Assembly: GCF_036321535.1 (NCBI RefSeq)
Contig: NC_087436.1
Span: 47,494,001 to 47,558,000, forward strand
Direction: 5' to 3'
Source of the DNA: Camelus dromedarius
Taxonomy: Eukaryota
DNA length: 64,000 nt
Position 1 is the stretch's first letter. Every line of letters starts with the position of its first letter. This document shows positions 48,946-63,089 of the stretch, in pieces. Made by a program: the position numbers and the translations under genes. The notes under the pieces are model-generated. The model made no database searches, was not told the origin of the DNA, and was given only the letters and a program-made list of their open reading frames with translations.

Positions 48946-51529
48946 TGGTAGAATAGGAGAGCTGATGACTTGAGAAAATGTATAGCTGAGGGGAATGGGG
49001 CTGATTGTTCAGTACTTTAAAAAGAGAAACAAGATTTTGTTCAGAAAGGAACTTGCCAGTAAGCCATTTTGCTCATAATCACCAGCTGCCTTTAGGCCAC
49101 TGTTACCTGCTCCTGTTTCCTCAGTGATGCTGGGTACAGCTTATGAGATAAATTCTTATTTCTTGTACTATATTTCCTTACCCTTCAAGAAACTGTGTCA
49201 GTGAGACTGGCAGGTCAGCTGATTGACTTAGTGTATGTTTATAAAGTGAGCTGCCTGGAAACCTGATTCCTTACAAGGTTACAAAAGAAATCCTTTCCCC
49301 TAGTTTCCTTACAGATGCCCATGAAAGGCTTCTTGGCCCTTTGGGCTCCAGCTGGATGGAGGTAACTTTTTAACTCTTCTGTGATTATTATTATATAATT
49401 AATAATAGTAGTGAATGGCTTAATTGTCAACCATTTGGTTGAATTAGTGGTTAAATTTAGTCACTGTAATTAAGCTGGAAGTTGAGAGAGTTTATTGGAG
49501 TTACAATGAAAAAAAGTGATGCACCTTCAATACGTGTTTCCAGTTTGCCTGGGTGTCTTCCAGATTAAGCTTTTTGTTGCCTTTTAGTTCATTTTTTGGC
49601 TCCTGAGTCTCCTTGAAAAGAGACCCCTAAATTGGGCTCATCTGTCCACCTCTTCCTGAAGGTCTGCCTGTGGGAAACCGCCCTGTCATTAGTTGTCTCA
49701 AGTTCCAAGCTTGCCTTCAGAATACTGTGGAGTCCCACGCTGTAATGGATTTGATGGAAGGAAAATTCTTCAAACATGAAAGGCGAGAGTAAAGCAACAG
49801 AGTTGCGATTCTGGGACTATTTTGGCAAGGAACCGGCAGACTGGGCACCCTGGTTATAGGCTTCACATTTTAGCTTATTTTGTCTTTCAACTTATTTCAA
49901 GAGGTAGTGCCAATTTTTTTTTAAATAGTTAAAAAAATTCTGTTGTTCATAATGACCTTTCAAAAACTTGGAATCTTCTCTTTGTACTAGTTTTGGCCTT
50001 TTCAATTTAGCAAAGAGGTCTTTCTGTGTTTCTAATGGAAATTTTAATTATAATTTTTAAAAAGACTATATTGACAATCTCAATAGTAATGGAGACCTAG
50101 CTTTTAGTTCAATGTTTATCATGTTATTTGCCGAGGACATGCCAATCTACTTTGCTAGTCCTTAAGTGACAATTATGTCTAATGGGGGGACTTAGTGGAA
50201 GGTTTGTGGTATGATCAGAAAGCATGGTCTATTAAAGTATTGCTAAAAATGAGGGCTCTGGGGTTGTGTGTAAGCTTGAGGCCAACCCTCAAATCTGAAT
50301 CTGTGAATAATTTTGAGAGGGAATGTCTTAAAGAAATTTTAAGTAACTGTTAGGGGTGTGCAGAAAGAAAGAGATTGTGAAGGTCTTTGAGGTCATATGA
50401 TCAAGGATTAGTTCTTACATTATACAGATGTTTAAAAGTTTATTGACACTGAGAACTTCATTGAACTCCCAGTCCTTTGAGCCTGCTATAATTTGTGCCT
50501 TGGAATTTTCACATACTTCTGATGTCAAGTTCAAATAGAAAGTCCCATTAAGTATAGATGAGAAGTGAAAACCATTGTATTGGAGGAGAGGAGAGATTGT
50601 ATCAAGACTAGCTGATACAACTGGGACGTATTAACATAGAAATTTAATTTAAGGACTATAAGTCACACTAGGATGTGGTATAAGGTCTTATGAAAGACAT
50701 TGGGAGCTGAGTTCTTAATCTAGTTCATGTTGAATTAATAAAAAACAATATCAGGCTTGGGGTTTTGAGTGGAAGTATCTTTAGCAATAAGATAAATCTA
50801 GTCAATGAGCTATAGAAGAAGGGTTCTGCCCTGTTTCTGGATACTTGTGTCCTGGGAACAAGGTGAGTGCTTACTTGGGGTTCAGACAAGTTGGGTACAT
50901 GTACAGGCACAGGTAAAAGACTTAACTCTGCCTATACCACTCTGAGTTGGCTTGGTAAGAGGGCATTTTCCATTTGTTAATCATATTATGAAGAGATAAG
51001 TCTTACATAAATTAATAGGTTAATATTTAGGAAAGATGTGAAGACTTGACTAGGTTAGCTCCATCTTGAGAAAAATTTGGCAGAAGAAACTCAGATTTTT
51101 TATGTAGCAGAAGAAGATGAGGAATGATAGTGGATAGACCTGGATTGTGTGTTCAAGGATTGATGGGGTCTGTGTGCTCAAGTACTTCTGGATACTCTGC
51201 CTGTTTCTTGTTTCACCCACTGCCAAGTTGCAACCCATAAAATAAATCAAGCGTTTGCAAGTCTGTGTTGCCTTTCATGGTCTAGCTGTCTTCATTGTTC
51301 CCTGGAAGGGGCGTCACACGGGAAAACAGAGTTCATTCTCCTGGTGGCCTGTGATTGGTATGTGATTGGAGCCATTAGAGCTGCCTGCTGCCTAGACTGT
51401 GTTGCCTTTTCCTTGCAATTTCCCAGAAGGGTTGAACCTAATAGGATAATGGGAGGAGAAGCAAGTATCTGTCTGAAAGAACTGATATCTATAAGATGTG
51501 CATTAGAGAGATAAATCTGATTAGAGCCC

Positions 51530-51950
51530 TAGTTCTGCTTTTCAGCATCTGTGACCTTGGGCAAATTAATTTATCAAATCCAATTCCTCATCTATAAAAT
51601 AATATCTGATACTTACGTACTCTTACTCTGTTCTAGGCATTATGTTAAGCACTTGCCAACTATTATTATGTAAAGTAAGGATTATTGTTATTCCCTTTTA
51701 TAGGTGATGAAGAAAATAGTGGATGAGTTAAATAACTTGTCCTAGGTCATGCTGCAATAGCTATTAGAGCCCAGAGTCTAGATTTGAACACATGTGCTTG
51801 AACTCTGATATGGATTCTCTTGACCACTATAATATACTTCATGGGATTGTTGTTTACAAGTTTATGTCTTAAAATGTACAGATACACAAACAGGGTAAAC
51901 CCAATTTATAGTGCGCAGTAAACATGTAGTAAATATTAGGCATTACTATT
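51530..51950. mobile_element. Nested MIR SINEs
   Basis: Plus-strand MIR core (tgtgaccttgggcaaatt...cctcatctataaaat) interrupted by a minus-strand MIR (ccctttttataggtgatgaa...taacttgtcctaggtcat). Confidence 0.55.
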
Positions 51951-53759
51951 GTTACATATCAAGCACTGCATATATTCTAATGCACACAGCCTGGACTGTA
52001 GACTTTATCAGATAAGGAAGCTGGGGATCAATTAGGACAAGTTCATGTAGATATTAAGAGGCAGACCTGTGATTTAAACCACTTTTTTCTGACTCTAGAG
52101 ACTGTGTCCTTTCTCCTCTATCAGGAGTTGTAACATACAGGGAGAAGATTTCTGGAGGGCCCAGAGCTAGTGAAGGCTCTACAAATCCGTGGCTGTGCTA
52201 GGCTTGTCTGTAAATTAAATGTATGATATATTTCATACACAAATGTACTGTTTTCAGACATACGCTGTGATTTTAACACATACAAACCTACTCTAGTAAT
52301 TAAGAAAGCATAGATACAATAATAAGACCTTATAATCCACAGTGTCTTCTTGCCATTATGTGTTTTCTTAATGTTCAAATACCAAAAGTGCAATGACTCT
52401 TAAGTGGAAATTCATGGATATTTTTTAAGTTAAAAGGGCTTTCACATTTTAAAAGTTTTGGACATAACAAATCATATGCGTTCACAATTAGTAGGACTAT
52501 GCCTAATATACATGAGTGTACTAGGACACGTTTCTTGTACCAAGTAGATTATTAGAGTGAAGAACCTATAATGTTGTGGACAGACACAGCTGGAGGAGGA
52601 AAGGGAGCTGTATGCAGTATCTTGTTCATGGATATGCATCATAAATAACTTACAACAGTTTTAATGGAGGAAGGTAGAACACAGAAGAAATTAAAAGCAA
52701 CAGCTTTGGCTGTGGAAATGTGAATATCTAAATTGCTAAAGACTTCTGTAGGGTTTGAGAAGTGTGATTTCCATTAAGACGATAGGAATCACATGGCCCT
52801 CACCATGAGACAGTGTGTGAGAATTTCTTCCTCAAGGGTCAAATGACTTATGAGCATTTGAAAAGAAGAAGTTAAAAGTTAATTTTCCAACTCACCATTG
52901 TACTTGGGACTCTTGAAAAGGAGAAAATCCTATTACTGTATGGGACAGTGTACAAGGAGTAAAATGAAGCAAGTTCTCACTTGCATTGTCAATGATGTGT
53001 TGTGTCATGAATAAACAATTTGAAATATCTGTCAACTCTCAATGCTGCTCAATTAATTTTAAGCCCCACTTCTAACTTGGATTTTGCATTATATTTTTAA
53101 TTTAATTTTCTGTCTGGTGTTAGTGATTATTTAAATTAAATTTGGTGGCTCGTAGAATGATAGTGAAAAGGACTTGAATAAGTGAGTAGTGAGAGAATCA
53201 CTGTTGCCTCTAACTCTTCATTTAGGACAAGGATTTCAAATTTTCTTTTAGCTTAAGAGCATTTCTTCAAATGAAATCTAATGTAGAGTCCAGTGTATAC
53301 ACAGATGAAGGTGGATCTGCTCTGATCCAAGCAGAGTGAATCCCCATCCATCACCGAACATCATTTCTCCAGTCCTGCCCCCCCTCCCCCCTTGTGGCCT
53401 TTGAGACACCTTGGTTCTCAAAGGTCTGGGAATCAGCTTAAAAACTACCATTTGAGAGCCTTTCAGGCCTTTTAAAGGATAAATACCCTACACACTTCCC
53501 AAACAGATTTTCATTCTAATTTCAGCTTAATGTGCATATTATTTTTCTGCCTTTTTGAAGGAATAATTAGTTTTCACTCAAGAGATAATAGCTTTCTTAT
53601 GATCTCTCAGCTCCAACTGATTATAGGCAACTAGTTCCTAAAGGTTGAGTACCTTGTATCATTGTACTTCTATGCAATGAAAGAATATTGAGGGAGAGTA
53701 GAAAAACTGTAGTAATATAAATCAAAACATACCTAACTGAGTTGCTATTAAAGATCAAT

Positions 53760-53912
53760 GCTATCATATATTGAGCACATTGTCTGTATGCCAGGTACTC
53801 TGTCTACATTTTTTGATGATTTATTTTTTTTATAGTATTGCTGTAAGCTGAATATAATTATCTCCACTTTACAAATGAGGGAACTGAGGCTCTGAGAGCC
53901 AAAGGTAACATA
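53760..53912 (-). mobile_element. MIR SINE
   Basis: tattgagcacattgtctgtatgccaggtactc...tctccactttacaaatgagggaactgaggctctgagag. Confidence 0.7.
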
Positions 53913-54128
53913 CTCGTACTCTTTCCACAAATCCAGTTATCCTTATCTATGTGCTGATTTATGTAGTTTGCCAATGTTCTTCAAAACCTATTTGTATATA
54001 TTTAGAGGAGACACATTAGCTCCTCCAAAGTAGTGCTCAGAGAGTTATATCAACATTGATTATACTCTGATAGAATCTCAAATTGTAAAGTGAATAATAA
54101 AATACAATTTATAACTGAAATTATAATT

Positions 54129-54797
54129 ACAAAATTTTTAAATTGAAGTATAGTTGATTTACAATGTTTCAGGTGTTCAGCAAAGTGATTCAGTTATACA
54201 TATATTTATATATCTGTTCTTTTTTCAGAATCTTTCCTTTATAGGCTATTACAAGATATTTACAGTAGGCCCCTGTTGTTTGTCTATTTTATATATAGTA
54301 GTTTATATATTGTTAATCTCAAATGTTTAATATATCCCTCCCACTTCCCCCTACTAACCATAAGTTCTCTGTGTCTATGAGGCTGTTTCTGTTTTGTAAA
54401 TAAGCTCATTTGTGCCATGTTTTTAGATTCCACTTACAAGTGATATCATATGATATTTGTCTTTGACTTACTTCACTTCGTATGATAATCTCTAGGTCCA
54501 TCCACGTTGCTGCAAATAGCATTATTTCATTCTTTTTTTTAGCTGAGTAATATTCCAGTGTGTGTGTGTGTGTGTGTGTGTGTATACCACATCTTCTTTA
54601 TCCAGTCATCTGTTCATGGACATTTAGGTTTCTTCCATGTCTTGTCTATTGTGAATAGTGCTGTTACGAGCATTGGGTGCATGTATCTTTTTGAATTGGA
54701 GTTTTCATCTTTTCTGGATATATACGCAGAAGTGGGATTGCTGGATCATAAGGTAACTCTATTTTTAGTTTTTTTAAGGAAACACCATACTGCTTTC
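54129..54797 (-). mobile_element. 5'-truncated L1 3' end with internal (TG)n at 54558-54582
   Basis: aattgaagtatagttgatttacaatgtttcaggtg...ttttagattccac...gggattgctggatcata; possible TSD tataatt (54122-54128, 54798-54804). Confidence 0.88.
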
Positions 54798-55129
54798 TAT
54801 AATTTTTACCTTACTTTGTTGTGTTCCTCATGATAGCATTTTTGAAGATTTTTATAATACTTTGTATTGTTCATGCATTTAATATCCCGGGGAAGCAAAT
54901 TAACTTTATAGGTTAGGGTATAGGGTAAAGGCAAATATTGATAGAAAGTTGAAGATCTGACTTAGCATTGCTAAACAAGTCAGTGTTTGGGAATTTGAAT
55001 ATGTGCATGTGTGTATATGATATTTGCACATTAATACATGGCAATAAACAGTGCAAGATTTATCTTTGTTATTGTTGCCAAACTTGCATTGCCCATTTAC
55101 TACATTTTTAATATCTTTCATCTTAGAAA

Positions 55130-55805
55130 AACACTTCTCTTGATCCCATGTTTCCCTGCAGCCAATACTCCATTTCTCTGCTGGAAAAACTCTTGGAAAG
55201 GATCTCTACTCCTCCACTGAAACAGCTCCAGCTTGCCCAAAACTCATAGTTAATTCTCAGTCCTCATTTTACTAGGTCTCTCAGTATCATTTGACACAGT
55301 TTATTGGTTCTTCCTTCTGGAAACTGATTCTTTTTTTGACTATTTCATGATGCCACACTCTCCTACCTTCCTGACCCCTCCTCCTCTTCTTTCTGAGAGG
55401 ACACCATCCATTCTGATTCTCCTCTCATCACTTTCCTCCAACTCATCAACTGGCCTTGATGAGTCTTGAACACACCATGCTTTTCCTTCCTTAAATCCTC
55501 TGTATTTGCTTTTGCCTCCACCTGGTACACTTTCCTCTCATACATCTGCATGGTTAACTCTTTACATTCATGTCTCTGCTCAAAGATCATTACTTTCTTT
55601 CCCACCCCAGAGTTATTTTGAATTCTCCCACTCTGCTTTAAATTATCATGATCTGAAATTATATAATTTCTTGTTTACCCATGTCATCTGTCTACCCTGC
55701 TTGGACTATTAGCTTCTTGAAAGCAGGGACTTGGTCCATCTTGTGTGCATCACTGTATCCCTAATGACCAGAACAGTGACTGGCATTTAAGAAGAGCTCA
55801 AAAAT
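55130..55805. mobile_element. L2 LINE fragment
   Basis: ccactgaaacagctc...ttctcagtcctcattttactagg...catttgacacagtt; ttggactattagcttcttgaaagcagggacttgg...gaacagtgactggcatttaagaagagctcaaaa. Confidence 0.75.
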
Positions 55806-57835
55806 ATAAAGTAACACATTTATGTGCTAAGCAGCTCCATGTGAAATGACTATGCTTTGTATTACTTTTATGTAGATTCACCATTCCCTTGATTTTCTAA
55901 TTTTCATATTGTTTTTTTTTAGTGGCTACTTTAGACCTAATACATGGGATTTATAATCTAAAATCTGATTTTATAACTTTGTACCTTATCTCACCAGGTT
56001 TCAATTTCCTCCAATTTCTGTGTGTATGTACTTTAACATAACAATTTTACTTTGAAATAATATAGATGTATATTCATACATATGTGAATCCTCAGTGATA
56101 TGTTTGGTTTAGTTGTGTATGTGTTTTACCCAGGTACAAGCACATATACACACCACTGGGGAATGAAGCCCAAGGAGAAATTGAAACCAGATGATACACA
56201 AAGAGCTCCCTAAAGGTAAAGCACCAAATTTTTCATTCAGAAGAAATAGTTTTCACACTGAACAATGGATATACTTATTGGATTCCACAGTAGCTCAAAG
56301 ATAGATTTTATTGTAGGAACCCACACCCACACTAACAGTGTTTTTGATTAGGCAGTTAACCAAATTAGGACTATCTCCTTAATAAGTAATACTGAATATG
56401 TAGTCCTAACTTAATAAGTAGTTCCTTTTGTAATGCAATGGGCAACTTGTATGTATATATTTCTCTGTGGTAGGATAGCTAATCAGTCATCATCAGAGCT
56501 TTTCTTGGAGTAGTGTCTTAATTTATTATTTTATGCAATTGCTTCAGTAAAGCAATTGAATAAAAAATGCAAAAGGGGATATAAGAGAGAATGTCTTCAC
56601 TATTTTAGAGAAGAGGATTTGGGTGTGACCGTACATAGGCATTTTTCCAAATCAGACATGCTGATGCAGCCTCTCCAAAATATGGGATATCAAATCATCC
56701 CTTGGATTGATCCACTTTGACATGGTGGTAGTAACCTTTCTCTTTTAAAAGGTTAGATCACTTGTTTCAGTGTAATGGATGCAGCAGATACTCCCTACCA
56801 TCCCTGATACCTTACCTATTTTCTTTTTATCTAATCCTGGAAATTTTTCATGCATTACTTGTGTTAATAGAAAAACATGAGATTTGAGAGAATTGCTAGA
56901 AAACAGGTTACATTTCCTGTGTCAGAATCATATCGTGGTTCAAATATCCTCCCCTGTTTCAGCGTGCTAATATGTCCAATTAAATCAAGTTTACATAGTT
57001 AGGAAACCTCCATACTCAGGGGTATCCACAGGTAAGTTCTCTAGATGGTCAAATTTAAAACAGATGAAGTAGCATATTTTACATAGACAGTTCTGTTTAT
57101 TCATGAATGTAAAAGAGTATGCCCATTGTAAATTTAGCAGACTGTTTAAAATATAAATGGATTCTTAGAGAATAAGCAAGCACTTTGCTGAGAATGATGA
57201 ATGGATGGCCCTCTCTGAGATGAGTAAGTATGGTAAACGTATAACTTCTGGTCACATATAGTTCGTCTGCTGAACGATGCCTAACCTCACCCCATCCCTC
57301 ATCCTCAACCCATCTCTGACCCCACCTTATTCCAGACCCCAACTTAATCCCTGCTTGTTGCCCTAGGAGTGGGTGTCTACAACAGGGTGAGGTTCGAGGC
57401 TGTGGAGAGATTTTAGAATGGGAAGAATATTCCTGTTTCACACATTACTTGTTAATAGAAACAGCTGAAAGTTTAATTGTTTATTTGGGGGCTGTGTTTA
57501 AAAACCCCCTGCCTGAAAACAGCTGCATCAGTGCACAGCTGTGTCAAAACTGCCTTGTCAGAAATGTCATGCATGCATATATTTTTTCTAAACTGTTTTG
57601 GACAAATCATACTTCTCAATGTATTTCTTTTCTCCATAGGCATGTAGCGATGTATGTTTTATAGCATATGCCTGGTAAACAAGTTTATAAAATATAAAGA
57701 TAAAAATCTGATGCATGCTTGATATATTACTGTTCAAATTAAATCATATTATCACTTTTCTGGGACTCCTTCCACTTGGGATATCCAAGTGTGTTTCTGG
57801 TTTATAGCTTTAATATTTAGAATGTAATATGCAAA

Positions 57836-57953
57836 AAAATTTTATTTATTATTTTTTAACTTATTTATCTTTTAATGGAGTTAGTGGGTATTGTGTCCAG
57901 GACCTTGTGCATGCTAAGCATGTGCTCTACCACTGAGCTATTACCCTCCACCC
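57836..57953 (-). mobile_element. tRNA-derived SINE, Vic-1-like (short form)
   Basis: Minus strand reads gggtggagggtaatagctcagtggtagagcacatgcttagcatgcacaaggtcctggacacaatacccactaactcc plus A-rich tail; perfect 13-bp TSD tgtaatatgcaaa (57823-57835, 57954-57966). Confidence 0.88.
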
Positions 57954-58379
57954 TGTAATATGCAAATTTTAAAAGAATTAGCTTTACCTTAAAAGAGAAT
58001 CCCTTTGATGTGTTTAGGAGATCAGAGAGTAACTGCATATGCCACAGCAAGAAAAAAAAATTAAGTTTTATTTTGGACATAACCGTAGATTCAGTAATCA
58101 ATAACCACCTTTTCCCTACCATTTGTAATATTACAAATTTCTAAATTCCTATTGCTTTTCTTTAATATCTTACATTATAAAATGGAAATGAGTACATTGC
58201 ATTTTTAATCTTTCTTATATTTTAAAGTTGAAGTAACTGAAAAAGTCAGGTGAAACAATGTACATACCGAATTTTTTGAAGATTGGCCTTGGCCATGATT
58301 TAGATACTTACGATAAAATTTGTAAGTCACATTTAAGTTAATTCTAAATTTTTGAATGTACGTAAAGCTGCATGAACGC

Positions 58380-58532
58380 TTACTGATTGAGTGACCTTGG
58401 ATGAGTCACTTAACCTTTCTGAGGGTCAATCTCCTCATCTTCAAAATGAAAATAATACTTGCCACCCAGCATTGTGGGGAGGATTAAACTAGGTATGCAT
58501 GTAAAGCACTTAGTCCAGGGTAAATACTCAAC
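58380..58532 (+). mobile_element. MIR SINE
   Basis: gtgaccttggatgagtcacttaacctttctgag...ctcatcttcaaaatg...aggattaaa...atgtaaagcacttag. Confidence 0.75.
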
Positions 58533-59475
58533 CCTAGATGCTACCTAACTCACCAGCCTGGAAGGTCCCTGAGACCCTGCCTCTCTCACTTATGGCCTGA
58601 GTTGAGACTTCCTGTATTCCTTTTTCAGTGTTTAGTAGCTCTCACTATTTATCCCTGATTTGTCTTGGAGTGATCTGATTGCCAAAGGGGAATGTTCTTG
58701 GGTAGATTAAAAGAGAGGCCCATGGTCTTCCATGTTCTTTGTCCTCAGCTGGTACAGGACCACTGGGGAGCAGCCAGCTGCAGCCAGCCCTTCTTAATTC
58801 TGGAAAAGCTCAGACCATTACTTCAGCTCTCACTTCTTCAGGCGTTTCAACACCTCCCCTAGAAAGATCTGACTTGAGAGGCACGAACTGAGTCCCACTC
58901 TCACAATCCCGTATAAATTTTGATGCCAAACTCATATTCCATTTGCAGGTATGCTGGGAGGAAGTGTATAGTTGCCCAAAAATAAGAGCTTAAATGTAGT
59001 TTAGGTAACACATTGATGTGAATGAGATACAGAGTGAGAACAAAATTCAAATTCTGCCTGGTCCTTTACTGAAGATCATCTTAGGGAATGGGGCTAGGGC
59101 AGAGTGGGGTGGGAAGGTAGCATCTGAACTGATTTAGAGAAAGCCAAGAAAGACCGGACGTCCTTTATATATTCTATAACTTTACCATGATCAGTGCTAT
59201 TTGTCTTTAACTGAAATATAGCCCTTGAAAGGGAGTTATTTCATATCATGCACAGGAAAATGAAATATTTGCTTGCTTTCCCTTTACACTTGGAGATCTT
59301 AATAGCACTTTTATTTCAAACTAAATATTCTGAAAATTTTGGCTGGTACCTAACTCAGTGAAAGGCCTATTGGAAGATTAATAGCTATTTTGTTTTACAT
59401 ATAAAATTGATGAATGCACTTCAGTTGAATAAATTCTCTCATTTTTGATGGTTTGTAGATCAGATGAGACTATGT

Positions 59476-59639
59476 CAGTGTTCTCCACTTTGACTACCCA
59501 TTGGGGAGCTTTAAAAAAAACACTGATACCTGGCTCTTAACCAGTGGAGATTCAAATTTAATTGGTCCGAGTCATGGCTTCAGGAGAGTTTTAAAGCTCC
59601 CAGGTGATTCTAATATTTAGGTGAGGTTTAGAACCACTG
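59476..59639. mobile_element. MER5A1/MER5B hAT-Charlie MITE
   Basis: Terminal inverted repeats cagtgttctc...agaaccactg; tttaaagctcccaggtgattctaat. Confidence 0.85.
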
Positions 59640-60014
59640 GTCTAGATTAAGGATTAAGGTGCTTGGGCTAAGCCTGTAATTTATATAACCTGGCAGAACT
59701 CTCTCTTCCACTTAACTCAGTGAAGAATTACTGAAAAGCCACTTTCTTCAAGGCCCTTTTCTTTTAACTCCAAGTTTGCTATTTTATGAACAAGTATCAT
59801 TGGAAAGAAAATAGAATTTTACAACTTTATTGTTTGAACTGTAGTTATAAGCAATCTAATCCAAATCTATTATTCTATAGGGAAGTCTCAATTGCTGAAA
59901 AAATTAAAAAATGCTGGTGCAAAACTACCTTTACAACTGAAAGAGGGAGGGAGAGAGAAACAGAAAACTTGGGAACTTTCCTCAGTAGATCATAGACAAC
60001 ATTTTAAAAAAAGT

Positions 60015-60344
60015 GGCAAAAAACACACAGCATAAATTTATCATGTTAACAGTTTTTAAGTGTATAGATAGTAGTGTTAACTATATGCACATTGCTATAC
60101 AACATATCTCTAGAACTTTTCTTCTTGTATGACTGAAACTCTATACCCATTAAACAACAGATTCCCATTTTTTCCTCTTCCGCAGTCCTTGGTAACCACA
60201 ATTTTACTTTCTGTTTCTATGAGTTTGATTACTTTAGGTGCCACATATAAGTCCAGTCATACAGTACTTGTCCTTTTGTAATTGGCTTAATTTATTTAAA
60301 AAGTCCATTTGTGTTGTTGCATATGACAGAATTTCTTCCTTTTT
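60015..60344 (-). mobile_element. Older L1 (L1MA/L1MB-like) 3' end, left part; resumes at 62726-62835
   Basis: aaatttatcatgttaacagtttttaagtgta...gaaactctatacccattaaacaac...cttggtaaccac; continuation tataccacattttctttattcatt...atgggtgtgcaaatatctctttgagac. Confidence 0.8.
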
Positions 60345-60764
60345 ACAATATTATTAGTTTCAGGCTTATGACATAGTGATTCAATATTTTTATAGACTAT
60401 ACTCCATTTAAAGTTATTATGAAATATTGGCTATATTCCCTGTGCTATACAATTGTAGCTTATTTATTTTATACATAGTAGTTTGTACCTCTTAATCCCC
60501 TATCCCTCTCTTTTACCTACCCACTTCCATCTCCCCACCGGTAACCACTAGTTTGTTTTCTATATCTATGAGTCTGTTTTTATTTTGTTAAATTCATTCA
60601 TTCATTTTATTTTTTAGATTCCACATCTAAGTGAAAACATATGGTATTTAATATCTTCCTCTGTCTGTCTTATTTCATAATACCCTCCAGGTCCATTGTG
60701 TTGTTGCAAATGGCAAAGTTTTATTCTTTTTTTTAATGGGCGAGTCCATTGTGTATGTGTATGT

Positions 60765-60796
<32 letters not shown>

Positions 60797-62725
60797 ATCT
60801 GTGTATGTGTGTATGTGTATATTAAACCTTCTTTATTCATCATCTATTGATGGGCACTTGGATTGCTTCCATATCCTGCTATTGCAGATAATGCTGTACT
60901 GAACATTGGAGTGCAGGTATCTTTTCAAATTAGTGGGTTTTTTTTCTTTAGATATACACGCTGGAGTGGAATTGCTGGATCATAAGGTAGTTCTGCTTTT
61001 GTTTTTTTGAGGAACTTCCATACTGTTTTCCATAGTGGCTGCACCAATTTACATTCCTACTAATAGTGTACCAGTGTTCACTTTTTTCCACATCCTTGCC
61101 AACATTTGTTATTTATGTCTTTTTTGATGATAGCCATTCTGACAGATGTGAGTTGATATCTCACTGCAGTTTTGATTTGCGTTTATTTCTCTGATTAATG
61201 ATGTTGAGCATCTTTTCATATGCCTGTTGGCTATCTTTGGAAAAATGTCCAGTTAGATCTTCTGCCCATTTTTTAATCAGGTTGTTTGTTTTTGATATTG
61301 AGTTGTATGAATTGTTTATATTTATGGGTATTAATCCTTTATCAGTAATATTATTTAAACTTTTTCTCCCATTCAGTAGGTTGTCTTTTCATTTTGTCAA
61401 TGGTTTCTTTTGCTGTGCAAAAGCTTTTAAGTTTAATTAGGTCCCAGTTGTTTATTTTTGCTTTTGTTTTCTTTGCCTTGGGAGACAGATACAAAAAATA
61501 TTGCTATGATTTATGTCAGAGTGTTCTGCATATATTATCTTCTAGGAGTTTTATGTTTTCCAGTCTTACACTTGGGTCTTAGACCATTTTGAATTTATTT
61601 TTGTGTATGATGTGAGAAAATGTTCTAATTTTGTTCTTTTACATGTAGCTGTCCAGTTTTTCAGTACCGTTTACAAAAGAGATTATATTTATTTCATTGT
61701 GTATTCATGCCTCTTTTGTTATGGGTTAGTTGACCATAAGTGCATAGGTTTATTTCTGGGCTCTCTATTCTGTTCCATTGATCTATGTGTCTGTTTTTGT
61801 GCCAGTATCATGATGCTATTTTGATTACTACAGTTTTGTAGTCTGAAGTATGATGATGCATGGTACCTCCAGTTTTTTTTTTTCCCCTCAAGATTACTTT
61901 GGCTATTCAGGGTCTTTGGTGGTTCATATAAATTTTAGGATTATTTGTTCTATTTCTGTGAAAAATCTCATGGGTATTTTGGTAGGGATTGCATTAAATC
62001 TGTAGATTGCTTTGGGTAGTACGGGCACTTTAACAATATTAATTTTTCCAGTCCATGAACATGGACTATCTTTGCATTTCTTTGTATCATCTTCTATTAC
62101 CTTCATCAGTGTTTTATAGTTAGGTCTTTTACCTCCTTGGTTAAATTTATTCCTAAGTGTTTTATTCTTTTTGATGCAATTTTAAATGGGATTGTTTCCT
62201 GATAGTTCATTATTAGTTTATAGAAAAGTAACAGATTTCTGTATATTAATCTTGAATCCTGCTACTTAACTGAATTATTAGTTCTAATAGTTTTTTTTTT
62301 TTTTTTTTGGCGGCTATAAGGTTTTCTATATATAGTATCCTGCCATCTGCAAATAGTGAGAAGTTTACTTCTTCTCTTCCAATTGGATGCTTTTTATTTA
62401 TTTTTCTTCTCTGATTACTGTAGCTAGGACTTTAAATACTATGTTAAAGAGAAGTAATGAGAATGGGCATCCTTACCTTTTCTTGAATTTAGAGAAAAGG
62501 CTTTCAGCTTTTCATGGTTGAATATGATGTTAACTGTGAGTTTGTCATAAGTAGCCTTTTCTTACGTTGAGATATGTTCCCTCTCTACACTCTATATCCA
62601 CTTTGATGAGAGTTTTTATCATGAATGAATATTCTGCTAAGTTCTTTTTTTCTGCATCTGTTGAGAGGATCATGTGATTTTTATCCTTTCTTTTGTTAAT
62701 GTGATGTATCACATTGATTGATTTG
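60345..62725 (-). mobile_element. Younger 5'-truncated L1 (3' UTR plus ORF2 to the RT region) nested in the older L1; TG-rich microsatellite ~60750-60818
   Basis: ORFs 61924-62106 ([24 protein letters not shown]) and 62545-62748 (SINVIHHINKRKDKNHMILS.DAEK) are ORF2 RT-region motifs. Confidence 0.92.
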
Positions 62726-63089
62726 TATACCACATTTTCTTTATTCATTTGTCAATAAACATTAGGTTGCTTCCAGTTTGGCTTTTGTAAATAATGCTAT
62801 AGTGAACATGGGTGTGCAAATATCTCTTTGAGACTAGATAGCATTTTATACTTACTAAACAGTGAGCCATCTAAGCACATAACTGACAAATCTCCCCTAA
62901 GCTGGACTCAAAATAATTTGAATTCAAATTGACATGCAAATGAAAATCAATATGGTGCCATTTGTCAATTTAGAAGACATATGAGGAAGTTCATTCAGAA
63001 TTTGTTTTTTTTCCTCCATTTTTCCCTAAGATCTGCTTGTGAATTTTCTTTTTCTTTCTGTAAATTGTTATGTTTCATTCATTCAGAAA

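Noticed and set aside
50500..50860. Possible CR1/L3 LINE relic
   Set aside because: Resemblance too faint to support without a profile search.
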